Positions 1 to 14,351 of a stretch of DNA of 64,000 bases are shown here, in pieces. The position numbers were made by a program, and so were the translations under genes. The stretch's first letter is position 1, and every line of letters begins with the position of its first letter. The notes below the pieces were generated by a model. The model was not told where the DNA came from. It did not search any database and saw only the letters and a program-made list of their open reading frames with translations. Source of the stretch: Leptogorgia sarmentosa (taxonomy: Eukaryota); contig OZ210885.1 of the NCBI GenBank assembly GCA_964658305.1, forward strand, positions 8,308,001-8,372,000. Direction: 5' to 3'.

Positions 1-2270
1 AAAGAATGAAATCCCGAGAAGGTTAAACGGTCCTCCAAGAAAGCCACTGCAAAGTATATTCATAATAATCCTGAAAAACCTGAAGAATGTAGAAACCGAG
101 CTACTGCATTTTACAGAAATTTAAATCCTGAGAAGGTTTTGGAATCATCTAAAAACTAAAATAGAAATTATAATAAAAACTGTCCGGTATAAAGAGTTCA
201 AAATATTCTAAAAAGGGGGTTATATTGAAAGGAAACGGTCTTGTACGGAAACAAACGAAATTAAAATGTAACTTCCAAGACAATTCATTTGAAACTTTAA
301 AATTAATGTAACTCCTTCTGATACGAGGTTGTCAACAAACATATCAACAGCCATTGAATTATTTCATTAGAACGTTAGTGTTGGACCAGAATACATTTGT
401 ACATGTTGTGACCAGTATATAATACCAGTATCAGACAAATATAATGTTTCTTTGTATAAGTCGTGTTCAAAAGAATTTCTCAATTTATGTATTACTTTTC
501 TCAAAAGCATTGACAATACTGAAGTGATATGTAATACCTCCCGAACCTAAAAGCTGTCAAACGTCCTTCTTGTGATAAGGCGAATAAAATAAGTTACCAA
601 GAAAACCTGATGTCTTAAAGGATTTGACACCTCTCGAAGAAAGACTAATCTCGCCAAGAATACCTTTTATGCAAGTACCGCGAACTTCCCAATTAAGTTC
701 GAGGAGGCCAATTAAGTATTCATGGGAATGTAGGTAATGCACCTGATGATGTTAATTCTACTATAAGCGTTTTACAAAGACCAATTGATGAATCGAAACC
801 ATTTCAAATTTTCAATTAAATTAAAACGATCCCTTGGTACAAACACCATTATCAATTTCAGAATGCTATTAGTAAAGCTTCAGAAGCAGCTCAATACTTA
901 GATCGTACCAGTGAAATATTTGAAAACGAAGGAATACAAATGGACAGTTATGTATTAAATCAAGTGGATAATAATGAAGAGAAGTGGTCAGAATTTATTT
1001 CCACGGATGGAATAGTGACTTGAGAAAATCTGAACGCTCACAGTCAAGAAGTAGTTGAGACAAATGCAAATAATGACTTCATTGACAATGATACATATGA
1101 TGAGTGGTGTGCAGTGACTGAACGGTCATCAGGTCTTATGGATACATTATTACAAGAAACCGACATTACCCAAGATGGTGACAGAATAATAAGTTTTGCA
1201 CCAGGAGAAGGAATTAGACCACGTGGTATATTTGCAGACAAAGATTCTGAATTTCTTTTTTTTCCACCATTAATTGTGGAAAACGTCAAGCTGAAAGCAT
1301 TATACCACAATGTGTAAATGGGAACTGCGAAGCAAAGATAGAAGAGTCGCGCAGTCTGTGCCGAACATTTTTTACAAACTAAAAAAAATACAGATCAGGC
1401 AAATTCAAGGAAGTGCAAGTTTATCATTGCGTAAATGTAAAATTAAAGTTAAAATTTAAAATCAGAGTTAATAATTTTGGATGAAGGATTACGAAATTTA
1501 CGCGGATCACCTGCATACTTTGAAAAGTGTAAAAAAGATCTATTTGCCATGATTCGTCAGCTTGGTAGTCCTATACGTGGTTGTGTTCATTGTTAGCAGT
1601 GGATTCATTTGACTAAAATTCTTGGTCGTCTTATAGACAATAAAGATTCTACTAACGACGAAATTAAACAAATGACATGGCTGAAGAAATCTGAACTGAT
1701 ACAGAAAGATCCAGTCATATATGCAATAAATTTTCGACATAGGTACAATTATTCATTCACAACTTTATTTAAAGCTCAAGTCATCCAGTTGGTGAAGTTG
1801 TTGACTTCTTCTATTCTATCGCGTTGAATTTCGGCAAAGAGGTTCTCCACATATCCACGGCTTATTCTGGATAAAAAATGTTCCTGAGTATGGTAAAGAT
1901 AGTGATGAAGATATTGCCGAGTTTGTCGATAGTTATGTTTCATGTAAAGCTGACTCAGATGATTTAACTGATCTCGTAAATTTACAAAGGCATAACAACT
2001 CTAAAACGTGTAAGAAGAGTAGTCAGGCTGTTTGCAGATTTGATTTTCCGTTACCACCAATGCCAGAAACCGTGATTTTAGAGCCTTCATCTGAGACTAA
2101 TCTTGACGAAAATGTCGCAGCTATATTAAAGAAAGCTTTAGAATTAACGAATACCTGCGTTATATAGACTCCATCAAGGCAGATGAAACCATGACATTAA
2201 TTTTGTTTAATTTTCTCAGAAGCTAAGTCAATCAGAACAGCAGTATATAAAATCTATAAGGCTACCTGTT
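1..2270 (+). pseudogene. Degraded Helitron/Helentron Rep-helicase fragment (Rep region)
   Basis: Frameshifted + strand pieces: GPEYICTCCDQ, LTPLEERLISPRIPFMQ, SFAPGEG..RGIFADKDSEFL, KWELRSKDRRVAQSVPNIFYKLKK, LRGSPAYFEKCKKDLFAMIRQLG, RVEFRQRGSPHIHGLFWI (HUH motif), QRHNNSKTCKK, CRFDFPLPPM. Many stops and frameshifts. Confidence 0.85.
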
Positions 2271-3099
2271 ATGCAGTATTTCATCTGTACTTCAACTATC
2301 AACTGTCAGCCACCAATGATCCGATAAGAGAACTATAGCACGATCGTAAATATCTCTGTGATCTCAACTTCCCGAAAATGACTATATACAATGAAAACTT
2401 CAAAAATTTTTTGAAGACACGACCAAAGAAGGATTATTCTTCCCAGAGCTGAAGTCGATATTTATGGACTTTATGCATAACCGCACATGTTGCATATCCT
2501 TCCCGTCGTAAAGAACATTGCTAACTCAATCAAGAACACATGCATACTGTACTCTGTTAATCGTTGGTTCTGATGTCAATAATTGTAACTAGCAACTAAG
2601 CATGACAACTGCTGGTAATATAGCAGAATTAACCCTTGTCAGTGTAACATATGCGGAAATAAATCATTTCATAAATACTCGTTCCGTTATCATAAAATAA
2701 ATTACTTTTCTTTTTACTGTCACAATATAAAACAGAATAAAACATCATTTCAACAATTGCAAAGCTTTCAAAAATGTTTTTTTCAGTGTCTCAGTTTCAA
2801 ACTTTGATATTACTTTATGTCCCCTTTATATGAAAGTCACTGAAGGGGAACGAACATTTTGTTAAAACAATCAAAAACGTCCTTTAGAAATTAGAAAAGA
2901 ACTCATATGATGAAATTTGAGAACCTATTATGTTAATAATCAAGAAACAGATATATATATATAGTATAATCAGATAGGCCCGTTAGTTGTTCTGTTTTAA
3001 TTTTTTCCCGGTCAAAAATTGTCTTTATCATTAAATGCTATTTTAAATTTTTTGAATTTGTTACGTGCGCTAATACTGTTGTGTATTTTTGTTTTCCAG

Positions 3100-3345
3100 G
3101 CAGACTGCTATCTTATCAAGAGTTTCCGGGTATAAAGACGCTATTAGAGCAACTCCGTGCAACATGCACGGAGACTTGCCGTCTTATACCGGAATCTTCA
3201 TGTTTAGATCTTGGCGGCCCTGAGATCTTTCGAAAAACGTTTGATTCAAGGGTATGCTCATTAGCGACGTCCAATATTTCATCCGCTACTCTTGTCCTTT
3301 GTGGTTTAGAGAATGGTTCAATCACAATCTTTGATCTTGACACAG
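3100..3345 (+). CDS. NWD1/NWD2-like NACHT-WD40 gene, visible coding exon 1 (gene starts upstream of window)
   Basis: ttccag|G...CAG|gtagg, phase 1-1. GRLLSYQEFPGIKTLLEQL...LIPESSCLDLGGP resembles the NWD-family linker before the WD40 region, followed by a first WD-like repeat. Confidence 0.8.
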
Positions 3346-5796
3346 GTAGGTAACCGTGTGGTAACGTACTATGGATAAAACTAATGGCAAGGTTTGGGGT
3401 TTTCAATAGTTTTTTTTCTTTTAAACGATCGTCGGTCCGGAAAAGGGATAAAACACAGATTCAATGCCGCCTCTGCTGTAATTGTAATTATATGTGCAAC
3501 CATATCCTCACTCACATTTGTAAGAATCATCCGCTCTGAGTTATGCAAGTTGGGCGGTTGAGCTATATACGTGTATTAAAAACTGAGCAAATTTGAAATC
3601 GCTCTCAATTTCACAAAGCCACTCGTTTATTGACAAAACTTTGAATTATTCCTTGTCAAGAAACGTTGTACTAGCCTTCAGCTTCAATTCTTTTTGTTAG
3701 TGCTGATAATGAACTAAATGGAACTACATTAATAATGTACATTTTTACCGTACCTGCTGTCAAATGTAAAGTAGTTGATTACATCTGAAATTTACGGCGC
3801 TATAATCTCATGGAGCTCACTGGCCACTGGCCTCAGGGCTCGTCCCATTATGCTTCCCACCACTCTAGGTAACGTGGCTATGCTTTGCTTCAGGTATACA
3901 TCGGTTGTTCTCAGATTACTTACCTACTTCTCTTTGCGGAATCGGCAAATAATTGATCCGCTCGCCAACGATAAATCGCGGTATTTCGTGCGACGTCGTC
4001 CAATAATTGATAGTAGGGACCTTAAGATGTAAAACGCCACAAACTCGGAGTCTAAATTTCAGCTTGAAAATGAGTGCTGACCTTTTTATGCTTTAAAAAG
4101 ATGTTGGATTTTTTTCAAGAAACAGCTACACAGGTTCAGCTAAAGCAATGCGATCGTTGCTGTGTAGTCAACTTGAAGTTACAGCTCTCATGTTGTAATC
4201 AGCCTTCTCGTTGCTTTGAAGACGTTATAATGCTTGGCTTAACGTTGCGTTGATAACAACAAAGCCGTTGATACCACAATTTATGCTTGGTTTTTGTTCA
4301 GCATAAAAATTTGTTTGTTCGGAAAGCTCGTCGTCGAGTTGGTCACGTAGTAGATCTTAAGGTCCCTAATCCTCTGCTACAAAATTGCTATGACACCATT
4401 TTTGAACTTATCCACAATGCAGTTGTCTTTCTATTAGGAATGGCAGAAAAGTCTGGTGATATAGTTACAGTTTGCTAAAATAAAAATAAACCACTGTATA
4501 CACGCGTCATATTTCGCGCAAATAAGTAAGTATTAATAATATTACGCCATCCAAATCTCATTTCGTTACACGGATAATTATCCAAATTTTTTAGACCCGT
4601 AGCCCACTGCCCCGGTTTTTGAGAAAAGTTTCAGTTTTGGAAGCAGACAAATTCAATTATAGCGTATATATTATGATTATATTATAAACATATTCATACA
4701 TGCCTTTTTTGCTAAGCAAAAGCTTTGATTTTGGTTATTCATTGAAATGAGAATATAGTTAATATGCAGTTGATATGGGTGAGGGAACAAAGGTTTACAC
4801 TCAAAGTAATTGATAATTCATTAGAAAATTAGCCAATCATGTACGGTAGTCGTCGTCATATGATGATGTTTGAAATTTAGATTAGATACTTCAAGAGACA
4901 TGTTCACCGATATAGTAAAATATTCAGTCATTTCTTGAACGGGATCAATGTTTACTGGGTAAAAAATAAAAAAAATCTCACAAATTGCTGGAGGGAATGC
5001 TTGTGTCTGCAACACATTAATCAAACTATAAAAATCAATTCGGACAGAGTGACATATTATTTCTTCTAAACAATAAAACATACAATTATTAAGAAATCGT
5101 GTGCATAAATGATATCTTCCAATTTTAAAATGTGAAAGTTCATGCAGTAATTACAAATACAAGTAGGACAACATTCCTGTGCAATCATTGGTATTCGCTG
5201 TATAGAATATTTCCTGTTTATAGCTTCATGCATGCTTTCCAATTATCTACTTTCTCTTCTACCACCAACATCAGCCACTAAATTTTAAACACTAGTAAAT
5301 ATATTATAAGTTTCAGTAAACTGTTCGGCATTGACCGTTACTCTACCACTTTAGTTATCGAGGCAACAGGGACCGGTAGCGAGTCTTACCCAAGCGTTCA
5401 AGTTGGCTCGATACCTATATCTATGGACTTGCACAACATAGATGAGGGCATTCTTTTATGAAATCCCAAGAAGTAACGATTGAAAACACACGCCTGTAAA
5501 ACACGCCACAGTAAATTCCGCAAAATTACAGTTATTTTGTTTTTTGTATTGAAGATCGTTTCGGTGTTTGTCTATCGCTTACATTGCTGTTTAAGTTGCT
5601 ATAGGGACGTAATAGTATAAATGGAAGTTAGCGGTGTAAATAGAGTGTAGCTGATGGGTTAGTTATGTAGTTACTTGTCTCAATCATTTATTTTATCGCC
5701 GCAATCTTTTGAAAAATACTCCCAATGTAGTAACGATGTGAGTGAAAATTACCTATTACACCCTTTTATGTACGTGCTATCTTATTTTTTAAACAG

Positions 5797-6015
5797 GTAG
5801 AGAAGTTCAACAACTACTGGGACATTCCGAGGAAGTTAGGTGTTTGGCTGTGTCACAAAGTGGAACAATACTAGCGTCGGGGTCGTGGGACGGCAGTACA
5901 ATCCTTTGGAGAATGGGAAGTTATGAACAGCTTTTTGTGTTCGAATGGGATAGTCGCGTTTATGCCCTGGATTTAAGTGCAGATGATCAGCGAGTGTTTA
6001 TTGGAACAAGCCGTG
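5797..6015 (+). CDS. NWD-like gene, visible exon 2 (WD40)
   Basis: aaacag|GT...GTG|gtaagc; LLGHSEEVRCLAVSQSGTILASGSWDGSTILW; phase 1-1. Confidence 0.9.
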
Positions 6016-6410
6016 GTAAGCATCTTAAACACAAATCAAAAAAGGATATCAAAATGTTGTTCAGAATAGGTAAACGAAAATTTGCATAAACGTTTTCGCG
6101 ACTTCCGCTCTGCTTAAAAGTTAGTATTAAAGTGCGCGAGTTTCGATAAGAAATAAGATTTTGCTGACGTGTACGGATTCAACGGCTCTGAAGGAACGCC
6201 AGCAACGATGCCATTGGAGAAAAAATTAAATCCTTTTCATATCATGTTTGTCAAATAACTCCACAAATGATCATACTTTCGGAAATATGTTACCCCGCCG
6301 GTACCAAATTAAATATTGGAATACTTTTATTAAATTAAAATAATTATTTTTTCTTCAAATAAAAATACTTGAAAGTACGTTCACAAAATGTTTGTTTTAC
6401 GTTGCAAATT

Positions 6411-6924
6411 CAGCGGCGTCAATCTCCAGTGTCGGCCCTCGGTTGAACCGTTGTGGATGGCCTCTTAATTATACCTCTTAGCTTCACATTTTTACTATGC
6501 TAACTCTACGAAATATTCTCCTGAATTCTGCATATGATATGCATTTTAATTCTGCTATTTCTTATCGAACATATTATAGCTATTTAACATCTCTTCTGCT
6601 TCAATTATACCCAAAAGGCAAAAACGTTCGGTAAAAAGAAGCACACTAAGATAAGTTCCTATAAAGCAGAAACAATGACAACAGTAAAAGTTTGACTGTA
6701 ATATATACAACAATTAATATACTGTCAACATCCAAGCACAATTTAAAAGGCAACAAAATTGTTTCAGCTAGCTACTGAATGATATCAAACATTTTGTTAA
6801 CTTCGAACTTTTTTGCATCTCCAGTTTCAATAAAAAATTTTTGAATTTCACATTAGCCACGGCCCTGAAGAAACCTCTTCCCAGGGCCCCCGGCCAGGTT
6901 GGGCCCCTAGTAGTTACGCCACTG
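6411..6924. mobile_element. Decayed hAT-like MITE
   Basis: Termini cagcggcgt.../...tacgccactg resemble the other hAT-like MITEs here; the 8-bp flanks match only partly. Confidence 0.4.
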
Positions 6925-8049
6925 TGTACATCGCTATTTACTAAAAAATTGGCTTCACATTTTAATACAAGAACGTTTATGAAGCGGATTGATGCATATC
7001 GTTTCAGTTCTTGGGCTTCACGTAACGTTCCATATTTGAGTGGGAGTACACTCTAAATAGCGACGCAGTCATCACAGTGAGTTAAATATTCACTGTATGT
7101 ATTCAACTTGTGCTTCGTAGCGAATATGTGAAATTCAGAAGCATTTCGTCAGATACGTGCAGCATAATCGTTAATACATTTTAGAAAAATGTATTACTTA
7201 CGAAAAGTACTCTTTCTCTCCTACTCTCTCTCCCTGGGGGGTGGGGGGGACGAAATTCCTGGAACACCTGTCATGTTTTTATGTCGTGTGCGAATAAACC
7301 AGAGGTAACTTTATCCAAGACTGAAAAACCTACGAATAACGCACCCTACGTAATCAAAGGCATGTTTTCCACGTGTTTCAGACTATTGCGCAACCTGATT
7401 TATCCTGTTTTAGTAAATGCCGTGCGCGTGCGCAAATTTTTGACAATTGCAAAAAAGCTTGTAGAAATGTTATTATACGTGCAAATAACACGAAATATGC
7501 AAAATAAAAAGAACATAACACAGGTTTCATGACTATGTGGATTCAAGGAGAAATAAGGACATGGAATTCAACATATTGGACTCTGTTTTTCTCAGATAGA
7601 TGCTAATATGCCTTACGTTTCCGACGATCAATCTTTATTTTTTTTGTGTTGTGTTTTAACTAGCATGCGACCCACCGTTCGAAAGATCATTTTATTAGGA
7701 TTTCAATGGTGTTTGTTTTTATTTCGTGCGGTATATCCTCTGCAGCGAAAAAAAAATATTTCAAAATTTGTATTTCAACTTCCGGAAAAGTGTTGGAGAG
7801 AAAGAGAGCTCGTTTGTACATTTACAAACGTCGTCGTACATTTCAACCATTTTTATCTGAATTCGTACCTGTAACCTGTTGTACATAATCGACTACATTT
7901 GGAAACGAAGTATATTTTCATTATTTTGAAGCGAAGCCCAACTGCCATACATGGCCCTTGCTTCATGGTTGTAACTTTCGCGATCTGTAATCAAGTTTTA
8001 CCAACAGTACCACTGGTATGGATGCCCTGTGCAATGCATACAATTTGAC

Positions 8050-9251
8050 CAGGGGCGTAGCGAGGGGGGGGGGGGGGCTGTGGGGGGTGTGACACCCCCC
8101 CAATTTTTTTGAAAATGGTCGGTAAATGAATTGCGGTCGGTTTTGAAGCCAAAGGGTCGGTAAATTTTCAATTTATGTCATTAAATCGCAGAGAGAGCAG
8201 AAAAGTAAAATATGTAAAAGTATATGTCTGTTGTCTATGTCCGTGTGCGATTAGTTCGCAAGCTGTGGTTGTAATACATCTAAGACCTCTAGACCAGGCC
8301 CGTAGCTGGCTCTTAATTTCTGGGGGGGCACTGCAGAAAAAAATTTTAAAAAGATTTGGTACGCTTTTGACATTAACATCGCGCGGGGCCTGTTGCAGAT
8401 GTTCAGCGCGGGGCCCTTCACACATATTTTTTGAATTATATTTGTCGGGGCATATCACAGCATTACCGCAATTTCAGGGCCGTAGGAACGGTTTGTAATT
8501 TTTTCGGGGGGGGGGCGAGTCTCACGAGACGCCACCATGGTTGGCGTCGAGCGAGAAAATTTTGAGAATTTAGAGCCTCTAGATCGCCGGAAACGGCCAT
8601 TTCATTTTTAGCCAAAAAGGTGCCATTTTGACTTTTGGGCGAATTGGGCCTCGCCTTTTGATTTGCAAGGCCTCGCGTTTTTTTTTATTTGGTCTGATCT
8701 ATGGGGCCTCGCTCTTCGGAGTAATGTTGTTTTACTTTTGTGGAGTTGCCGGTTTTTTGGGCCCGTTTTTGTCTACCCAAGCGCCGAACGTCACACAAAC
8801 TACAAAATACCGCACTATTTGTGGCTATTTAATATGGTTATTACACCAAAATAATTAGGCTACGCCTTCGATTACTATTCTTTCATGGACAGCCTCGCTG
8901 TCTAATTTTTAAACGGCATAAAGATTGTGGCATAGGGGGGGCACAATTTAAATTTTCTTTCCGAGTGGGGGGGCACTGCCCCCCCCAGGCCCCCCCTCAG
9001 CTACGGGCCTGCTCTAGACTCTATTCTGAGTGTTAAGGCTTTGGTTAACACTCTGAAATGGCCGTTTCCGGCGATCTAGAGGCTCTAAATTCACAAAATT
9101 TTCTCGCTCGACGCCAACCATGGTGGCGTCTCGTGAGACTCGCCCTCCCTACCAAATAATCTAGCCCTGTCGTGCCCAAACCTATTTAGGTCGGTAAAAT
9201 ATTTTGCTTTACACCCCCCCCCCCTATCGGAATGGCTTCGCTACGCCACTG
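8050..9251. mobile_element. hAT-like MITE (outer), 8-bp TSD
   Basis: TIR caggggcgtagcg / cgctacgccactg; TSD aatttgac at 8042-8049 and 9252-9259. Confidence 0.9.
8295..9011. mobile_element. hAT-like MITE nested in the previous one
   Basis: TIR caggcccgtagctg / cagctacgggcctg; TSD ctctagac at 8287-8294 and 9012-9019. Confidence 0.9.
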
Positions 9252-9712
9252 AATTTGACACCAATGTGGCTATGGTAGAGGGTGGGTTTATGAAATTTAC
9301 AAACGGCATCGTATCGTGTGATTGGACCATGTTCACTAATTCTTTTTTGTGTTTGATGCCAGGAACAGCAGTTTTACAACGTAGATGCAGTAAAATGATT
9401 TCCTGGGAAAACCAGATACGTCTGTTTGAGTAGCACCTCTCAACCTACGCCAAAAGTACAAATTGTTCATATTCAAACAATAATTGCAACAGCTGGTTTA
9501 AGGATTCCAGCGACTGCGTATCTTCAAACCAGCGGTTAACTGTAAACGTCGTGTAGAGCGCAGAGAAACGCAGTGTAAAAACATAAGCCAGCAACAGCCA
9601 GAGCATGTTCAGCGCCGGAGAGGGACACAATTAAAAACAAGATTTCACAAAATCGCCTAGGGTTAGATATTATTGAAACATCAGTCTGACGAGTATCCAT
9701 CATGCGTTGTAG

Positions 9713-9922
9713 GGCTGAAAGTGTATTGTGTATCTACCGGAGAAAACCTCTCAACAAGTATTTCTGAGAGAGTCACGTCGCTGTGTACGACCAAAGATGG
9801 ACAGTTCATTGCTACTGTTGGAGGTGATGACAAGACTATCAAGTTGTGGAAAGCCGATACACTAAATTTCGAGGCCAGTTTGGTTGGCCATACACATTGG
9901 GTGACATGTGTTGTCGCAACAG
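9713..9922 (+). CDS. NWD-like gene, visible exon 3 (WD40)
   Basis: ttgtag|GG...CAG|gtatgc; VTSLCTTKDGQFIATVGGDDKTIKLW..LVGHTHWVTCV; phase 1-1. Confidence 0.9.
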
Positions 9923-12664
9923 GTATGCAATACTGTATGTGTTAATATTGTATAACATTTTGAAGATCTTACTTCAATAGAGTCTCTTCAGAATTATATT
10001 TGTTATTTCATTCGGATAAAACATATTCTTTATTATAAACTTCCTTAATGGTTCAATAAAGCAATGATTGGAGGGGAATAACATGTTTTGGAATAAATTT
10101 TCCCAATTATTGCACAAAAATACCTGCTTGTAACAGCATTCTAATATTGTAATGAAAAATTATGCCTAGAAAGAAAGCAATGACTTTCCTTAATTGTTAG
10201 TATGGTGGTAACCAGTGCTTTCATGTACAAGCACTATATTAGGACTTTAATTCTGATTTCTTTCAAATTTTTAGGCTGGTTGTATTTGTATATGCTAAGA
10301 GTATTTTAAAATGGCCAATAGATTTATCTATGCTAGCTTTCTAAAAATACTTTGAGACAATTTGCTTGTGTGTATATTTCAACTGATTACCCTGTGTCGC
10401 AGACCTTAATGTATAAATTGTGATACTGTACAAGTAAATTAAAAAAGACTTGGCATTTAGGCCGGGTATTGTATATTTTATTAGCGTTTAGACCTCTTGT
10501 AAGTAATAATAGTCTGCCCTAAAAATAGAAGCAAGCTCTGAAACAAGGGCTTAGCAATCAGGTTGTAGTTTGTGGGGGGAGGGGGGCGGAGGCACAGGGA
10601 GAGCAGAATCCAAACCTTTACTATTAAATGTTGCAACTTTAAATAAGTTTCAACTTTAGCTTTCGATAACTTAGCAACAAGAAGACATGATATTTTTGGT
10701 TGGGAAAACTTATTCCTGTATTTGCAACTTGCAATCACCAAGGCAGCATCTTGAAAAAAAAACATGTAAAAGCTAGTGAATGCTGGAATCCTACAAAATA
10801 TTTTAGTACATTTGGGCAAATTCTCATGTCTATCAGAAATCTGTACAAATCCTAGGCATGAAAGAAGGTCAATTTCTTTTTTAAAATGGCACTTATAACC
10901 ATGAAAGTTGGGGGTGAAAGTGCCCCACCATCCTATGCCACTGCTCTGAAATGCATTTCATAGGGATACATCAACCAAGAACAATTCTAGCCGTTTCACA
11001 TGTATCTAATTAATGCACACGTATCGAATTGAACTACAATATATAATAGAATTCAATTACAGGAGAATGAATTGAATTACAAGCTGCCAACAGAATATGA
11101 CAGCATTTTATACCATTTGTTTTTAACTTATGAAATTATATAGATAAAGTAACAAATGGAAGCCAACATGAATGTTGTTTGTAAAAGTAATATTGTTTTA
11201 GATATACTGTCCATTGCCAAGATATACATATAGCCAGGTGTCGTTTGACTTATCTTGTTCCTTGTTGACTTCAGACGCTCTTATTCCAACAGACAAAATT
11301 TATATAGTTTGACCTGTTTTATAATTGTTGTGACAAACATTGTGCTGTACTGTTAGAACTTGGTTGGTTAGTTGCTTGAATAAATGTGATAATAATTGAA
11401 TTTAATCAGTCAATTATCACAGTTACTCAGTAACATGAAAGAGCAGTTAGGTTAACAGTTAAGAGCAGTTAAACACAGTTATGTTCCCAAACATAAGTAT
11501 GAATACATGTGCAAACTAATAATGATGTAATGCAGAAATGAAGATTTCCCATTGCGGTACGTGCTACAGTGTACGTACTGTTCAGAACTGTTACACTCTG
11601 GTTTTGAGTAATTGCACCGACGCAGAGTTCTTACGATCTTTCATTAGACTTTTCCGTAACTTTATGTACAGTACATAGTATGGATATAGGTAGAAATAGC
11701 AATTATAAATTTAGGTACTCGAATATTTCCTCAGGAAAAAACATTTTAGAATTTTCAGAAGTTAAACTTATTTTTAACACTTATATTATCATAAAATTTT
11801 AAAATAACTTCAACAAACTTTTAGAACTTTGAGGCCCAAATTAAATGTTGATTACGACTGCGTATTTCCTGTGTATTTTTATTAAACGAGAAGGAAATTT
11901 GTTTTGTATAAAATCCAATTAAACACGTATTGCGAAATTAACTATTCGAGCAGCTTCAAGAAAGACTACCGTATTTCCTCTATTTAGCCCCTTGGGGGAT
12001 ATTTCTGTTTTCCTGCTTTCAGGTGACAAGTAGATGGTGGGGGCTTAATAAATTTTCACCCAAATTTGGTTCCGTAAATATACTAATTCACACAACACAT
12101 CCAGAATATCAATTAACTTCATTACGCATTAAAAAATAAAGGAACGAAAGTTTTTTTTCATAAATGTTTTACTTGATTCTCAGCCGAATTGAACCAAAAT
12201 GTAATCATCTCTTCCTTGTGTAATGGCAAACAATTGTGCAAGATGTTCGATATTTCACAAACAAACCAGGATGATTATACATAACCTCCTCGCGGTCGTA
12301 ATGAGCTTTAACATTATGCAAAACTAACTGGAAGAATGATGTTACTTTGCACAATTCATTCGTGATCATGACTATCGCCCATATTTTGAGTATTTCAAAT
12401 TTATCCTGACACATTGGAATTTCTTTTTGCGTCAATTTCTCTTCAATATCCTAACGGTACCAACAAAATAAACTTTCGGTATTCTACTACTGCAGAATCC
12501 ATTGCCTGGACATGCAGAATGCATATATAAAAAGTTCTCCTGTCAGCGATCGAGTTATTGAATATATTTTTTAGGATATAATATATATTTAGGATATCAT
12601 GTACTTTGCTTTCCCTTGTTTTTTTTCTTGCCAGTTCGACTGAAGTGCGAAGTTTCTCTTTTAG

Positions 12665-12905
12665 ATTCAGGAAAAAACAATGCAATGCTTGTGTCTGGTT
12701 CATACGATGGGACAATAAAAATTTGGGATTTAAAAACGTATCAGGAAATTCGTACCCTTGACGTTCAATGTCCTGTTACTTGTATTGCTGTGAGCGATGA
12801 TAAAAAGTATATTATCTCTGGAGACATCAGAGGAAGTGTGAGGTTGTGGTGTTTCCACACTGGAAAGTCCCTTTCCTGTTATGAAGGTCATACCCATCAC
12901 ATCAG
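12665..12905 (+). CDS. NWD-like gene, visible exon 4 (WD40)
   Basis: ttttag|AT...CAG|gtgggt; LVSGSYDGTIKIWD..VTCIAVSDDKKYIISGD..YEGH; phase 1-2. Confidence 0.9.
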
Positions 12906-14118
12906 GTGGGTTCACTCTAGCAGCTATATCTAATTTAGCGAAAGGATCGTTATGCGGGCAAGGCAACAACGAAGACCCAATAAATAACATTAAGCTTAAC
13001 ATACAACACATTCTGTTTTGTGTAATTGTATTAATTTATTACGATATTTCACAGTCACACTTAGACGTACTGCTTCTTGAAATCGGTTATTGATGAATCG
13101 GAAAGATAGCGAAGTTGAAGACCATTAAAGTAATTTTCAGTCATCCATTTGTTCACAACGCTACAAGAATTTCTAGTTATTACACTTGTCGCGTTCTCAC
13201 ACGCCAGGCGAGCTTGCTGGCACGCAAAGATCGCACGCTTCAACCGTCGTGCTGTGTGAACTCCGTATATAAAACTCCATACAATTATTTTAATATTCAA
13301 AACACACGTATACACACACGGTAAAAACTAGGAACAAAGAACAAACAAATACATTAAACGGTTACTAAGACTAGACGGGACTTCAGTTCTACAACATACT
13401 TACTTCTAATTATCCCCAAATCCCAATAATGTCAACTATAAATGTTAAAGCACATGCAGGTTTAGAGTACGTAGAGAAAACGTTCCGTCTCTTGCGCCGA
13501 CGATCGCTCGTCAGCGGTAATTATGGTTTAAAAACTACTACTACTACCCGTCAATCGTTACAACACTAATATACTAATTGGCTTCTGGCTATAGTCGTGC
13601 TTATTTGCAATGGAAGACTTGGGCTTTAGAAAGATTTTAATGAGGGATAAACGTAGGAAATTCAGCGTATGACATCCAATGCAACATAATTTTACTTGTT
13701 GTACATCTATCATTACGCTATCTTGTATTGTTGCTTTCGTTGATTTTCTGCCGTACTGAACTCTACAATATGTCAATAGGGCTCCCGTTGATAACAGGCT
13801 ATAACAGTTATTTTTATTACTGACGGGACTACCTTGTGTAAATAAAGGTTTTATCTATCTATCTATCTTCTTAATTGTTGTCGACATAGTAATAGAACGA
13901 TTTTTGCTAAAGATAAAGTGACCATAGATGTAGTTTTCATTTGCACTAACATTTGATGAATAGGACATATTTCCCAGATCATTTATGAATAAATTATACA
14001 GCATATTTTGATGATATGGGTTTCTTAAACTATCAATAGTCTGGCAGAGATCGTCTTTGCCATTTTTCGGTAGAAAAAATTATTATTAGAAATAAACAAT
14101 CAACTTGTAATATTTCAG

Positions 14119-14351
14119 CGGTGTTGCAATAATTCCCAAAGAAAAGAAGGTATTGACAGCGTCATGGGATGGAAGTATCAGGGTTTGGAACCTGGGAACT
14201 GCTGCGTACATGGAACAAAATAGTCTGTCTGATCATTCAAATGACGTCACAGATATTACAATCGCTCGTGGTGACTCTAGATGTGTTTCCGCATCCAGAG
14301 ATGGAACTTTCAAAGTTTGGAACCTTCACACACAGTGCTTTTCTGTCACAG
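14119..14351 (+). CDS. NWD-like gene, visible exon 5 (WD40)
   Basis: tttcag|C...CAG|gtatag; VLTASWDGSIRVWN..DHSNDVTDI..VSASRDGTFKVWN; phase 2-1. Confidence 0.9.
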